64,000 nucleotides of DNA from a bacterium. Lineage in GTDB: Bacteria; Patescibacteriota; Minisyncoccia; Minisyncoccales; JAGGXC01. Made by a program: the position numbers and the translations under genes. Each line of letters starts with the position of its first letter. Within the stretch, counting starts at the first letter, position 1. Below, piece by piece: positions 54,713 to 64,000 of this stretch. The stretch lies in contig JAGGWD010000015.1 of NCBI GenBank assembly GCA_021157625.1, positions 13,800 to 77,799 of the forward strand. The letters are read 5' to 3'. Below the pieces are notes generated by a model, which saw only the letters and a program-made list of their open reading frames with translations, was not told where the DNA came from and ran no database searches.

Positions 54713-55585
54713 ATGCCGGAGCTTCCCGAAATAGAAATTACTGTGAGAGAATTGAAGAAAAAGGTCCTTGAGAGGACCTTTGTTGATGTTTGGACTGACT
54801 CCAAAAAGCAGATTAAAAAGCCAAAAGATTTCGCTCTATTTAAAAAAGAGATTAAGGGAAAAAAGATAAGGAATATCAAAAGAAGAGCAAAACTCATTCT
54901 TTTTGATCTTTCTGGGGATAAAACCCTCTTAATTCATCAAAAACTTACCGGCCATCTTCTTTTGGGTAAATGGGAGAAGAAGGATAATCAATGGAGGCCT
55001 CCTCCTGGATTTCTTTCTGAGAAAATGAATACCTTTATTCATCTTCTCTTTTTCTTAGATAATGGATTAATGCTGGCACTTTCTGATTTAAGAAAATTTG
55101 CTAAAGTAGAACTTTGGAATACAAAAGAGCTCTTGAGTTCTGAGCAAATGAAGAAGTTGGGAGTAGAGCCTTTAAGTAAAGAGTTTACTTTTGAGAAGCT
55201 TCGAAAGCTTTTAGAAGGAAAGAAGAGGAAAATCAAGCAAGTATTAATGGATCAAGAAGTAATTGCAGGTATTGGTAATATTTATTCAGATGAGATATTG
55301 TTTGAGGCAAAGATAAATCCTTTCAAAACCTCTTCAGATCTTAATATCGCTGAGCTAAAAAGGCTTTATTCTGCTATAATTAAAATCCTCAAGAAAGCCA
55401 TAAAACTGCAGGGGGAAAGTATAAGTGACTGGAGAATGCCTGATGGAAGGAAAGGTTCTTTTGATAGATATAGAAAAGTTTATCGAAGAGAAGGTCAACC
55501 CTGTTTTAATTGTGGTACTCTGATTTTAAGAAAAAAGATAGGGACTCGCTCAACTTATTTCTGTCCTAAATGTCAACCACTATGA
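54713..55585 (+). CDS. mutM: Formamidopyrimidine-DNA glycosylase
   Basis: MPELPE, GIGNIYSDE, C4 zinc finger CFNC...CPKCQ. Confidence 0.95.
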   Translation: MPELPEIEITVRELKKKVLERTFVDVWTDSKKQIKKPKDFALFKKEIKGKKIRNIKRRAKLILFDLSGDKTLLIHQKLTGHLLLGKWEKKDNQWRPPPGFLSEKMNTFIHLLFFLDNGLMLALSDLRKFAKVELWNTKELLSSEQMKKLGVEPLSKEFTFEKLRKLLEGKKRKIKQVLMDQEVIAGIGNIYSDEILFEAKINPFKTSSDLNIAELKRLYSAIIKILKKAIKLQGESISDWRMPDGRKGSFDRYRKVYRREGQPCFNCGTLILRKKIGTRSTYFCPKCQPL

Positions 55586-56523
55586 TTGCGTTTTTATATG
55601 GTCAAGATATCTATCGGCTTCGTCAAAAGTTAAGAGAATTGATAAATGATTTTGAAAGGGAGCACAAAAATTGCTCTTTGATTAAGCATTTTGATGCCAA
55701 AGACTTGGATTTTGAGAGTTTCAGAAATGAAATTCAGACATCTTCCATATTTAAAGAAAAAAAGTTAATAACAATTGGCCATGTTTTTTCTAATTCAATT
55801 TTTTTGGAAAAGACACTAAAGTTTTTTAATGAAAATAGAGAAAAAACAGAAAATACTCTTCTTTTCTGGGAAGAAAAGAAGATAGATCCAGATCATCCTT
55901 TAATAAAAGAAATTGCACGGATAGGAAAAGTATACAAGTTTGATCTGCTTTCGGAAGCAGAACTTAAGAGATGGATCAGGAGAGAGTTTGGAAAGTATAA
56001 AGTAGAAATTGAGCCAGGTATCATAGAGGCTCTTTGGGAGTTTGGAGGTAACGATTTGTGGTTAATCTCTGGAGAGATAAAAAAACTTATTGCTTTTGCA
56101 GGTAAAAGTAAAAAAGTATTTCTCAAAGATTTAAAGCTTCTGAGTAAACCAGAAGTCGAGACAGATATTTTTACTACTCTGGACGCAATATCTTCTGACA
56201 ATAAGAAAAGAGCTTTAGATTTGCTTCATAATCATTTAAAAAAAGGAGAATCTCCTCTTTATCTTTTCTCAATGCTCAAAAAACAGATTTCTAATCTTTT
56301 GATAGTAAAAGATCTAAGAAACAAGAGAATTCCCTCTTCTTTTATCGCTCAAGAGTCCAAACTTCATCCTTTTGTAGTAAAGAAATGCTTAAGGTTGTCA
56401 GAGAAGTTTACTTTTGATCAACTAAAAAAGATATATTGGAAGATTTTTCAATACGAAATTAAAATAAAAACAGGAAAGATAGATCCTGTTTTGGCTCTTG
56501 ACTTGCTTACAATAGAAATCTAA
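55582..56523 (+). CDS. holA: DNA polymerase III delta subunit
   Basis: FLYGQD, EIKKL, IF...DAI, HPFVVKK, IKTG; next to rpsT; ATGA overlap with mutM stop. Confidence 0.85.
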   Translation: MIAFLYGQDIYRLRQKLRELINDFEREHKNCSLIKHFDAKDLDFESFRNEIQTSSIFKEKKLITIGHVFSNSIFLEKTLKFFNENREKTENTLLFWEEKKIDPDHPLIKEIARIGKVYKFDLLSEAELKRWIRREFGKYKVEIEPGIIEALWEFGGNDLWLISGEIKKLIAFAGKSKKVFLKDLKLLSKPEVETDIFTTLDAISSDNKKRALDLLHNHLKKGESPLYLFSMLKKQISNLLIVKDLRNKRIPSSFIAQESKLHPFVVKKCLRLSEKFTFDQLKKIYWKIFQYEIKIKTGKIDPVLALDLLTIEI

Positions 56524-56786
56524 GACCCCCCTTTATTTATTAGCAAGGTTATTCTTGATTTCTTTCTTGCTGCTGTATTTTTCTTAATAGTTCCTACCTT
56601 AGCAGCTTTGTCCAAAGCTTTATAGAGCTGAGGAAGAAGTTTCTTTGCTTCTTCTCTTTTGTTTTCTGCAACCAACTCCTTTATCTCTTTTATGAGCATT
56701 TTTATCTTTCTCTTTCTCTGAAGATTTCTTTGTCTTCTCTTGATATTTTGACGTAAAGCCTTTTTTGCTGATCTTGTAATAGGCAT
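56520..56786 (-). CDS. rpsT: 30S ribosomal protein S20
   Basis: MPITRSAKKALRQ...LDKAAK...KNTAARKKSR. Confidence 0.95.
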   Translation of the reverse strand: MPITRSAKKALRQNIKRRQRNLQRKRKIKMLIKEIKELVAENKREEAKKLLPQLYKALDKAAKVGTIKKNTAARKKSRITLLINKGGS

Positions 56787-56861
56787 AGCTGATTTTTTGA
56801 TAATTTCTGATACAATAAAAAAGAATATCACAAAACTTAAAACTGTTCAATAGTTCTGATA

Positions 56862-58169
56862 ATGAAAGCCATTATTAAAAAAATTATTCCTTCGTTTTTG
56901 ATTAACTGGTATCATTTTTTACTGGCACTTTTGGGCGCTTTTTTATATAGGTTTCCCTCAAGAAAGCTCAAAGTTATTGGAGTGACAGGGACAAATGGAA
57001 AATCAACTGTTGTTTATTTAATTACAAAAATATTAGAAGAAGCCGGATTTGTGACTGCTTCTATTTCTTCTATTGAGTTTAAGATTGCAGACAAAAGATG
57101 GCAGAACACTCTTAAGATGACAATGCCAGGACGCTTGAAACTTCAGAGGTTTTTGAGAAGGGCAGTTAAAGAAAGATGTGAGTATGTAGTTATAGAAGTT
57201 ACATCAGAGGGAATCTTGCAACATAGACATAGATTTATTGATTTCGATGTGGCTGTGTTTACTAATCTGACCCCTGAGCATATTGAATCTCATGGTTCTT
57301 TTGAGAATTATAAAAAAGCAAAAGGAAAATTATTTGAGAGTCTAGAGAAAAGCAGGAAGGAAAACACAATTTCTGTAGTAAATCTGGATGACGAAAATGC
57401 AAATTATTTTCTTGAGTTTGGGGCAGATAAAAAAATTGGCTATAGCACAAAAGAAAAAATAGATAAAAAGTTCGATCTTTTTGAGGTAATCCAGGCTACA
57501 GAAATAAAACGTGCCAGAGAAAAGACAGAGTTCCAAGTAAAAGGTACAACATTTTCTTTAAAATTAAAGGGGTTATTTAATGTATACAATGCTTTAGCAG
57601 CAATCTCTGTAGCTCTCTCTCAGGGTATAGATATCTTGGTTATAAAGAAAGCTCTTGAGAAAGTAGAAACTATTCCTGGTAGGTTGGAAAAAGTGATTAC
57701 TGAACCTTTTGAGGTGATTGTAGATTATGCTCACACCCCAGATGCTCTTGAAAAGATCTATAATGCTCTCTCTTCAGAAAAGTCTTCTCTCATTTGTGTT
57801 TTAGGTTCATGTGGCGGAGGAAGGGATAAGTGGAAAAGGCCTGTATTGGGAAAGATTGCTGATAATTTTTGCAAAAGGATTATTCTTACAAATGAAGACC
57901 CATATGATGAAGATCCTTACAAAATTATAGAAGAGATAAGAGAAGGAATTAAAAACAAAGACAAAATTATAGAGATTATTGACAGAAGGCAGGCAATAAA
58001 GAAGGCTCTTGAGTTTGCAGAAAGAGGTGATATAGTGATAATTACAGGAAAAGGGTGTGAGCCATGGATGTGCACAAAAGGAGGAAAAAAGATACCTTGG
58101 GATGATAGAAAAATAGCAAGAGAAGAAATGCAAAAGCTAAGGAAAATAAAATATGAAAAAAAATTATGA
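56862..58169 (+). CDS. murE: Mur ligase, MurE family
   Basis: GVTGTNGKST, EVTS, TNLTPEH, PGRLE, VDYAHTPD, GGGRD, TGKG. Confidence 0.88.
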   Translation: MKAIIKKIIPSFLINWYHFLLALLGAFLYRFPSRKLKVIGVTGTNGKSTVVYLITKILEEAGFVTASISSIEFKIADKRWQNTLKMTMPGRLKLQRFLRRAVKERCEYVVIEVTSEGILQHRHRFIDFDVAVFTNLTPEHIESHGSFENYKKAKGKLFESLEKSRKENTISVVNLDDENANYFLEFGADKKIGYSTKEKIDKKFDLFEVIQATEIKRAREKTEFQVKGTTFSLKLKGLFNVYNALAAISVALSQGIDILVIKKALEKVETIPGRLEKVITEPFEVIVDYAHTPDALEKIYNALSSEKSSLICVLGSCGGGRDKWKRPVLGKIADNFCKRIILTNEDPYDEDPYKIIEEIREGIKNKDKIIEIIDRRQAIKKALEFAERGDIVIITGKGCEPWMCTKGGKKIPWDDRKIAREEMQKLRKIKYEKKL

Positions 58170-58560
58170 AATTCTTGATCACACCGCAGATTTAAAAATC
58201 AGAGTCTTCGGTAATACAAAGAAAGAACTATTTTTAAATGCGGTTTACGCTGTGGCTTCTTTGCAAGACCCAGATTTATCTGAAGAATCTGTCGCAAAGA
58301 AGATCAAAATACAATCTCCAGATATTCTTTCTTTGCTTGTTGATTTCTTGAGCGAAATTCTTTATTTGAGTCAGACAGAAAGGGAAGTTTATTTGAGGGC
58401 AGAATTTGAAGAATTTTCCGATACATTTCTTGAAGCAAAATTGTTTGGGAGAAAAGTAAAAAGATTCAGAGAAGATATCAAAGGAGTTACCTATCATGAT
58501 TTAGAAATAAAACAACAAAAGAACGGAACTTGGGAAGCCACAATTTTATTTGATATCTAA
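58153..58560 (+). CDS. Archease
   Basis: DHTADL, IKGVTYH, C-terminal FDI. Confidence 0.93.
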   Translation: MKKNYEILDHTADLKIRVFGNTKKELFLNAVYAVASLQDPDLSEESVAKKIKIQSPDILSLLVDFLSEILYLSQTEREVYLRAEFEEFSDTFLEAKLFGRKVKRFREDIKGVTYHDLEIKQQKNGTWEATILFDI

Positions 58561-58575
58561 CCCCTTACTTTAATT

Positions 58576-60018
58576 ATGATTTCAAAAGAGGATTTAAAAA
58601 AAATTACTCCATGGCTTTGGGAAATTCCTCGGTCTTTTAGGGCAGATATGAGAGTGCCGGCGAGGATTTATACTTCCGAGAAAATGTTAGGAGATATTTT
58701 TAGAGATAAGTCTCTGGAGCAATTGGTCAATACCACTACTCTACCCGGTATAGTGAAGTATGCTATCGGTATGCCTGATATCCATGAAGGATATGGTCCG
58801 CCAATTGGAGGGGTGGGAGGAATTAAATTGTCAGAAGGGGTAATTTCTCCCGGGTTTGTTGGTTTTGATGAAAATTGCGGATGTCGTCTTTTGCTCTCCG
58901 AATATTCAAGTAAGGAAATAAAACCATTCTTAGAAAAGCTAGCAGACGAGATTCAAAGAGAAGTACCTTCAGGTCTTGGGAGAGGAAGGCAGATAAAATT
59001 ATCAATTGAGCAAATTAACAGAATTTTAGAAGGAGGGGTGCCTTATTTGGTGGAGAAAGGTTATGGCCAGAAAGAAGATATTGAGAATTGTGAACATAAA
59101 GGAAGAATGGAGGAGGCTGATGCTTCTTGTGTTTCTCATAAAGCCAAAATGCGAGGAAGGGATCAGGTAGGAACACTTGGTTCTGGAAATCATTTTATAG
59201 AAATTCAGAAAGTAGATGAGATTTTTGATCAAGAAACTGCTCAGATATTTGGATTATTTGAAAGTCAAATAGTTATATTTATCCATACCGGATCTCGAGG
59301 GTTAGGTCATCAAAATTGTACTGATTACCTAAGATTGATTATTCCTATATATTCCAAGTATGGAATAAAATTGCCAGATAAAGAATTGGCTTGTGTTCCC
59401 TTTAACTCTCCAGAGGGGCAAAGGTTTTTTAGAGCAATGTCGGCGGCTTGTAATTATGCATGGGCAAACCGTCATATGATTATGTGTTATGTAAGAAAAG
59501 CATGGAAGAAGGTTATTGGATCTGATGCAAAATTAAGACTCCTTTATGATGTTGCTCACAATATTGCTAAGATTGAAGAACACGAAATAGATGGAAAAAA
59601 GACAAAATTGATTGTTCATAGAAAAGGAGCAACGAGAGCTTTTCCTCCAGGCCATCCCGAGATTCCTCAGAGATATCAAAAGACAGGTCAGCCCGTTCTT
59701 ATTCCTGGTTCAATGGGTACTTCTTCTTATGTTTGTGTAGGGACAGAAAAATCTAAGGAGGCTTTCTACACTGTAAACCACGGAGCAGGAAGGACAATGT
59801 CTCGACGTCAGGCTGTAAGAACAATTTCTGGAGCAGAAGTAATTGAGAAATTGAAGAAAAAAGGAATTCTTGTTAAATGCTGGTCAATGAGAGGAATCGC
59901 AGAAGAAGCTCCTCTGGCTTATAAAGATATCGATGATGTTATTGAAGTAGTTCACAATGCTGGGCTTGCTAAAAAAGTAGCTAAATTAACCCCTTTAGCA
60001 GTAATAAAAGGAGAATAA
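58576..60018 (+). CDS. rtcB: RtcB RNA ligase
   Basis: MPDIHEGYG, DENCG, GSGNHF, HTGSRG, HN, HRKGATR, PGSMG, HGAGR, EEAP.AYK. Confidence 0.96.
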   Translation: MISKEDLKKITPWLWEIPRSFRADMRVPARIYTSEKMLGDIFRDKSLEQLVNTTTLPGIVKYAIGMPDIHEGYGPPIGGVGGIKLSEGVISPGFVGFDENCGCRLLLSEYSSKEIKPFLEKLADEIQREVPSGLGRGRQIKLSIEQINRILEGGVPYLVEKGYGQKEDIENCEHKGRMEEADASCVSHKAKMRGRDQVGTLGSGNHFIEIQKVDEIFDQETAQIFGLFESQIVIFIHTGSRGLGHQNCTDYLRLIIPIYSKYGIKLPDKELACVPFNSPEGQRFFRAMSAACNYAWANRHMIMCYVRKAWKKVIGSDAKLRLLYDVAHNIAKIEEHEIDGKKTKLIVHRKGATRAFPPGHPEIPQRYQKTGQPVLIPGSMGTSSYVCVGTEKSKEAFYTVNHGAGRTMSRRQAVRTISGAEVIEKLKKKGILVKCWSMRGIAEEAPLAYKDIDDVIEVVHNAGLAKKVAKLTPLAVIKGE

Positions 60019-60090
60019 TTTTGCAAAAATAATAAAATTAAGTTATTATAGATAAATATATGTTGCCTAGCGAGACAATCTTTTTTATTT

Positions 60091-60318
60091 ATGCTCAAGA
60101 GAAAACTTCCCAGAAGCTTAAGAAAATATATTCGCAAAGAGAAGGCACGGATTCGCCAGAAAACTTTGAGTTTGAAAGAGCGAGAAGAACTTATTAGATT
60201 ATTGTATGAGAGATTAGGAATTAAAATTAATAAAAAAATACTACCTCAAACCAATACTAATCATTCAAAAAATGACAGTAAGAGAAATATTCAATCTAGC
60301 AATAAAAATGGGAATTGA
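60091..60318 (+). CDS. Small basic hypothetical protein
   Basis: LPRSLRKYIRKEKARIR; fills the gap before the NIF3-like gene. Confidence 0.5.
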   Translation: MLKRKLPRSLRKYIRKEKARIRQKTLSLKEREELIRLLYERLGIKINKKILPQTNTNHSKNDSKRNIQSSNKNGN

Positions 60319-61216
60319 AGCTGATTTTCGAGGCAAAGAGGGTGTAAGTGAATTTCTTGAAAGGAAGAGAAAGAAATATGAGAGACTAACAGAAAAAGAG
60401 AAAGAAGAGTTTGATAAAGAAGCCCTGCAAAATCCTTATCTTGATTCGCGTATTCACAATATCTCTCAAGACAAAGAAGTTAAAAAAGTTTTGGCAGGAA
60501 TAGATGTTGAACCTGCTGAGATATTGCTTGCCAAAGAGCTTGGAGATATTGATTTAGTAATTGCTCATCATCCTTTAGGAAAAGGCTTGGCTTATTTAGC
60601 AGACATGATGGAATTGCAATGCGACGTTTTGAATTTTTATGGTGTTCCTATAAATATTGCTGAGGGTTTAATGAAAGAAAGAATTGATGAAGTGGCAAGA
60701 GGAGTTAATGCTAAAAATCATCAAAGAACAGTTGATTGTGCTAAAATTCTTGGTGTTAATTTAATCAACACTCATACCCCCTGTGATAATCTAGCTGCTC
60801 AATTTTTAAGAAGAGAAATCGAAGAAAAATCACCTCAAAGAATAGAGGATCTTTTAGAGATTCTCAAGAATATTCCCGAATACAAAGAAGCAATAAAGAT
60901 TGGTGCAGGCCCCAAGATTTTTGTTGGAAGTCCTGAGAGAAGATGTGGAAAAATTGCTTTAACTGAAATTACTGGAGGAACAGAAGGCTCCCCTAAGCTT
61001 TATGAGAAAATGGCTCAGGCGGGCATTGGCACAGTGGTAGGAATGCATATCTCCGAAGAGCATAGAAAGGAAGCTGAAACTGCAAATATTAATGTAGTGA
61101 TTGCTGGTCATATGTCATCTGATTCTTTAGGAATGAATCTCTTCTTAGATAAACTTCAAGAACAAGGGATTGAGATTATTCCTTTTTCTGGTTTAATTAG
61201 AGTAAGTAGAATATAG
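60272..61216 (+). CDS. NIF3-like (NGG1p-interacting factor) metal-binding protein
   Basis: NPYLDSR, AGID, IAHHP, HTPCDN, TGGTEG, GMH, AGHMSSDSLG. Confidence 0.8.
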   Translation: MTVREIFNLAIKMGIEADFRGKEGVSEFLERKRKKYERLTEKEKEEFDKEALQNPYLDSRIHNISQDKEVKKVLAGIDVEPAEILLAKELGDIDLVIAHHPLGKGLAYLADMMELQCDVLNFYGVPINIAEGLMKERIDEVARGVNAKNHQRTVDCAKILGVNLINTHTPCDNLAAQFLRREIEEKSPQRIEDLLEILKNIPEYKEAIKIGAGPKIFVGSPERRCGKIALTEITGGTEGSPKLYEKMAQAGIGTVVGMHISEEHRKEAETANINVVIAGHMSSDSLGMNLFLDKLQEQGIEIIPFSGLIRVSRI

Positions 61217-61250
61217 TTTCATTGTTTTATTTTTTATTTGAATAGATGCG

Positions 61251-61273
61251 GCTGGCTGAGAAGCCAGTTTTTT
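61251..61273 (+). terminator. Probable intrinsic terminator
   Basis: GCTGGCT-GAGA-AGCCAGT-TTTTT. Confidence 0.55.
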
Positions 61274-61288
61274 GATAGAATGAAAGAT

Positions 61289-62473
61289 ATGCGTACAGGC
61301 ATCGCGACGGTTCCTTTAGATTATGGAAGATGTCCCAAGTGGCTTTTTGAGAGGATGAAAAAACTTTCAAGGGGAATAGTTTTGGCTATTGTTGAAGAAT
61401 TTGGACAAGAAGAGCTTCTAAGGAGATTAGCGGATCCTGTGTGGTTTCAATCATTAGGATGTGTGATAGGGTTTGATTGGAATTCCTCTGGACTGACTAC
61501 TACTACTTTAGGAGCTCTAAAAGAAGGGTTGAGAGGATTAGAATCAGAACTTGGAATTTTCATTTGCGGAGGTAAAGGGAAAACTTCAAGGAAAACACCT
61601 CAACAAATTCAAAACTGGGGAGAGTTTTTAGGTTGGCCAATGCAAAAAATTGATCAGCTTATTTATGCCAGCAAAATTTCAGCTAAAGTAGATAGCTCTG
61701 CTTTGCAGGACGGATTTCAAATTTATGCTCACAATTTAATTTTTACAAAATCTGGTCACTGGGCAGTTATTCAGCAGGGAATGAACACAATTTTTCAGAA
61801 GGCTCGTCGTTATCATTGGTTATCTCAAAAAGTAAAGGATTTTGTTGAGACTCCTCATTCCGGAATTATTTCTGATATAAAATTGAAATCTTTAAATCTC
61901 CTTGCCCCAGAAAGCAAAGAAAATAAAAAAATCTCTACTGAGTTAGTGAGAGAAGAACCCCAAACGTTTTTAAGGGATATAAAATTGATTTCCAAAGCTT
62001 CTCTCAAAAGCTGCTCTTCAAACCAGCGATCATTTATTTTGGAGTCAGGAGTGGTTAGAAAAAAAAGAAGGGGCAATTTTGCTGAAATGGAGCTCTATGA
62101 TAGAGAATTTCATTGGCATCCAGTAGTTAATGAAAAGTTCGATTTAAAAAGATTAAAAAAGATAATTGAGAGGGCTCACTTTTTGAGACCAGAAAATTTC
62201 GAACAGTTGCTGATGATAAAAGGGGTAGGACCAAAAACAATTCGAGCTTTATCTCTTGTGGCAGAAATAATCTATGGAGCAAAGCCTTCTTTTGAGGATC
62301 CGGCAAGATACTCCTTTGCCCATGGAGGAAAAGATGGAACCCCTTTTTTTGTTGAAAGAGATATTTATGATAAAACAATAGAAGTTATAGAAAAAGGAAT
62401 TAAAAAGGCCCATATTTCTAATAAAGAAAAAGCCCAAGCCCAAAGAAGATTATTAAGTATTTTAAAATTATGA
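61289..62473 (+). CDS. DUF763 family protein
   Basis: [52 protein letters not shown]; start placed at MRTG. Confidence 0.85.
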   Translation: MRTGIATVPLDYGRCPKWLFERMKKLSRGIVLAIVEEFGQEELLRRLADPVWFQSLGCVIGFDWNSSGLTTTTLGALKEGLRGLESELGIFICGGKGKTSRKTPQQIQNWGEFLGWPMQKIDQLIYASKISAKVDSSALQDGFQIYAHNLIFTKSGHWAVIQQGMNTIFQKARRYHWLSQKVKDFVETPHSGIISDIKLKSLNLLAPESKENKKISTELVREEPQTFLRDIKLISKASLKSCSSNQRSFILESGVVRKKRRGNFAEMELYDREFHWHPVVNEKFDLKRLKKIIERAHFLRPENFEQLLMIKGVGPKTIRALSLVAEIIYGAKPSFEDPARYSFAHGGKDGTPFFVERDIYDKTIEVIEKGIKKAHISNKEKAQAQRRLLSILKL

Positions 62474-63621
62474 AAAAATTTCTTTTTACCTCAGAATCAG
62501 TTACAGAAGGTCATCCTGATAAAATAGCAGATGCTATTGCTGATGCAGTATTAGATGAAGTCCTGAGGCAAGACAAATATGGAAGAGTGGCTTGTGAAGT
62601 AATGGTTGGAAACGGTTATGTGATTGTTGGAGGGGAGATTACTACATCTGCTTGGGTAGATATTAATGATTTAACAAGAAGAGTCATAAAAGATATTGGC
62701 TACAATAGAACAGATTATGGATTTGATTATCACACGGTAGGTGTTTTTAATACTATCCATGAACAATCACCTGATATTGCTCGGGGCGTAAGGAAAACAG
62801 CCAGCAAAAAACAAGGAAGTGGAGATCAAGGGATGATGGTGGGATATGCCTGTAAAGAAACACCTGAACTGATGCCTCTTCCTATAATGCTGGCGCATCA
62901 ATTAGTACGTCGCCTTGCTTTAGTAAGAAAGAAAAAGATTATTCCTTATCTTCGTCCAGACGGAAAGAGCCAAGTGACTATTGAATATAAGAATGGACGA
63001 CCTAGTTCTCTTAGTTCAGTGGTGATATGTGCTCAACATGATCCTGATGTTTCTTTATCAAAAATCAGAAGAGATATTATTCAAAAAGTAATAAATCCTG
63101 TTTGTAGGAAATATCTGACAAAGAAAACTAAATTCTACATTAACAATACAGGTCGTTTTGTGATAGGAGGACCAGTTTCTGATACAGGAGCTACAGGAAG
63201 AAAAATTATAGTTGATTCCTATGGTGGAGTAGTTCCTGTAGGTGGAGGTAGTTTCTCGGGTAAGGATCCAACAAAAGTTGATAGATCAGGCGCTTATATG
63301 GCTCGCTATGTAGCAAAGAATATTGTAGCTGCAGGCCTGGCAGAGAAATGTCTAGTAAGGTTGGCTTATGTAATAGGAGGAACAAAACCATTAGAGATAA
63401 GCATAGACACTTTTGGCACAGGAAAGATTTCGGAGGAAAAAATAACTAGAGCTATTTCGCAGGTCTTTGATTTTTCACCAGGAGGGATTATTAAAGAACT
63501 AGATTTATTGCGCCCTATTTATCGAAAGATTTCTTGTTATGGTCATTTTGGTAGAAAAGAAAAAGAGTTTAGTTGGGAAAAAACAGATAAAGTTAAAGAA
63601 ATCCTTAAGTTAGTAAGATGA
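62470..63621 (+). CDS. metK: S-adenosylmethionine synthetase
   Basis: [47 protein letters not shown]. Confidence 0.97.
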   Translation: MKKFLFTSESVTEGHPDKIADAIADAVLDEVLRQDKYGRVACEVMVGNGYVIVGGEITTSAWVDINDLTRRVIKDIGYNRTDYGFDYHTVGVFNTIHEQSPDIARGVRKTASKKQGSGDQGMMVGYACKETPELMPLPIMLAHQLVRRLALVRKKKIIPYLRPDGKSQVTIEYKNGRPSSLSSVVICAQHDPDVSLSKIRRDIIQKVINPVCRKYLTKKTKFYINNTGRFVIGGPVSDTGATGRKIIVDSYGGVVPVGGGSFSGKDPTKVDRSGAYMARYVAKNIVAAGLAEKCLVRLAYVIGGTKPLEISIDTFGTGKISEEKITRAISQVFDFSPGGIIKELDLLRPIYRKISCYGHFGRKEKEFSWEKTDKVKEILKLVR

Positions 63622-63711
63622 TTCTTTTTGATAAATGAAGAAGTATTCTTCAAAGAGAGCCAAAAAGGGAAAAGTGGCTTTTCGAACACAAAGTCAGTTT
63701 ATTTATAAGAA

Positions 63712-64000
63712 ATGCCAGAAAGTCAAGAAGATAAAGAAAAAAAGGTAAATCCAAGAATTTTTTTCTGGGAGTTTATCTTGTTTTCCTCTACCCTATTGTT
63801 GGGAATTGCTACTGCTTTTCGGATGAGCAGTATTTTTAGAATTCAGAATATCAGTGTTTCTCCCATCGAGCCTTGGAAATTTATTTTATATTTTATAATT
63901 GCAACTCTAATCGTTTTATTTTTGGCTTTCGTTATAAAATCTAGTCCTGCTAAAGGAAAGATATTTAAAATTCTTTTTGTTTTTTCTGTCTTTTGGGGAG
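63712..64000 (+). CDS. Polytopic membrane protein, possibly a presenilin-family aspartyl protease; truncated by window edge
   Basis: Open frame MPESQEDKEKKVNPRIFFWEFILFSSTLLLGIAT... with TM helices; catalytic motifs are not within the window. Confidence 0.5.
   Translation, partial: MPESQEDKEKKVNPRIFFWEFILFSSTLLLGIATAFRMSSIFRIQNISVSPIEPWKFILYFIIATLIVLFLAFVIKSSPAKGKIFKILFVFSVFWG

Noticed and set aside
63635-63748. 37-aa basic ORF after metK
   Set aside because: No ribosomal-protein motif, and it overlaps the start of the next gene out of frame.
1-64000. Alternative genetic code (UGA=Gly) as in Gracilibacteria/Absconditabacteria
   Set aside because: Conserved genes are full length under code 11, and several (tig, cca, mutM, metK) end at TGA at the expected position.

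Overview
Chromosomal origin region of a small-genome, AT-rich bacterium using genetic code 11. Gene content and style point to Patescibacteria/CPR (Parcubacteria, Nealsonbacteria-like); this is an inference. The core is khpB-yidC-yidD-rnpA-rpmH <> dnaA-oriC-dnaN. Around it lie housekeeping genes (hup, rny, clpP, tig, ppa, nusA, cca, rpsO, pnp, tyrS, ruvC, yebC, tsaE, mutM, holA, rpsT, murE, archease-rtcB, metK) and six tRNAs. There are type IV pilus genes (pilC, two PilB/GspE ATPases), competence-linked genes (comM, yraN, a lamin-tail protein), a VirB2-like pilin/VirB6/PrgI/VirB4 cluster and a FIST-PAS-kinase-receiver cluster. No CRISPR, transposase, integrase or reverse transcriptase is visible. 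Most notable observations: (1) unrelated, counter-oriented ORFan genes that share a promoter-SD-terminator wrapper unlike most native genes, one resembling archaeal surface proteins; (2) a ~142-bp structured element with a 25-bp perfect inverted repeat, its own consensus promoter and 5-bp flanking direct repeats; (3) pilins fused to large adhesin-like cargo domains; (4) a 48-aa in-frame head+tail miniature of the FIST gene; (5) a PBP1A gene broken by one extra base in a G6 tract; (6) a long ER/K helix membrane protein with internal DNA duplications.
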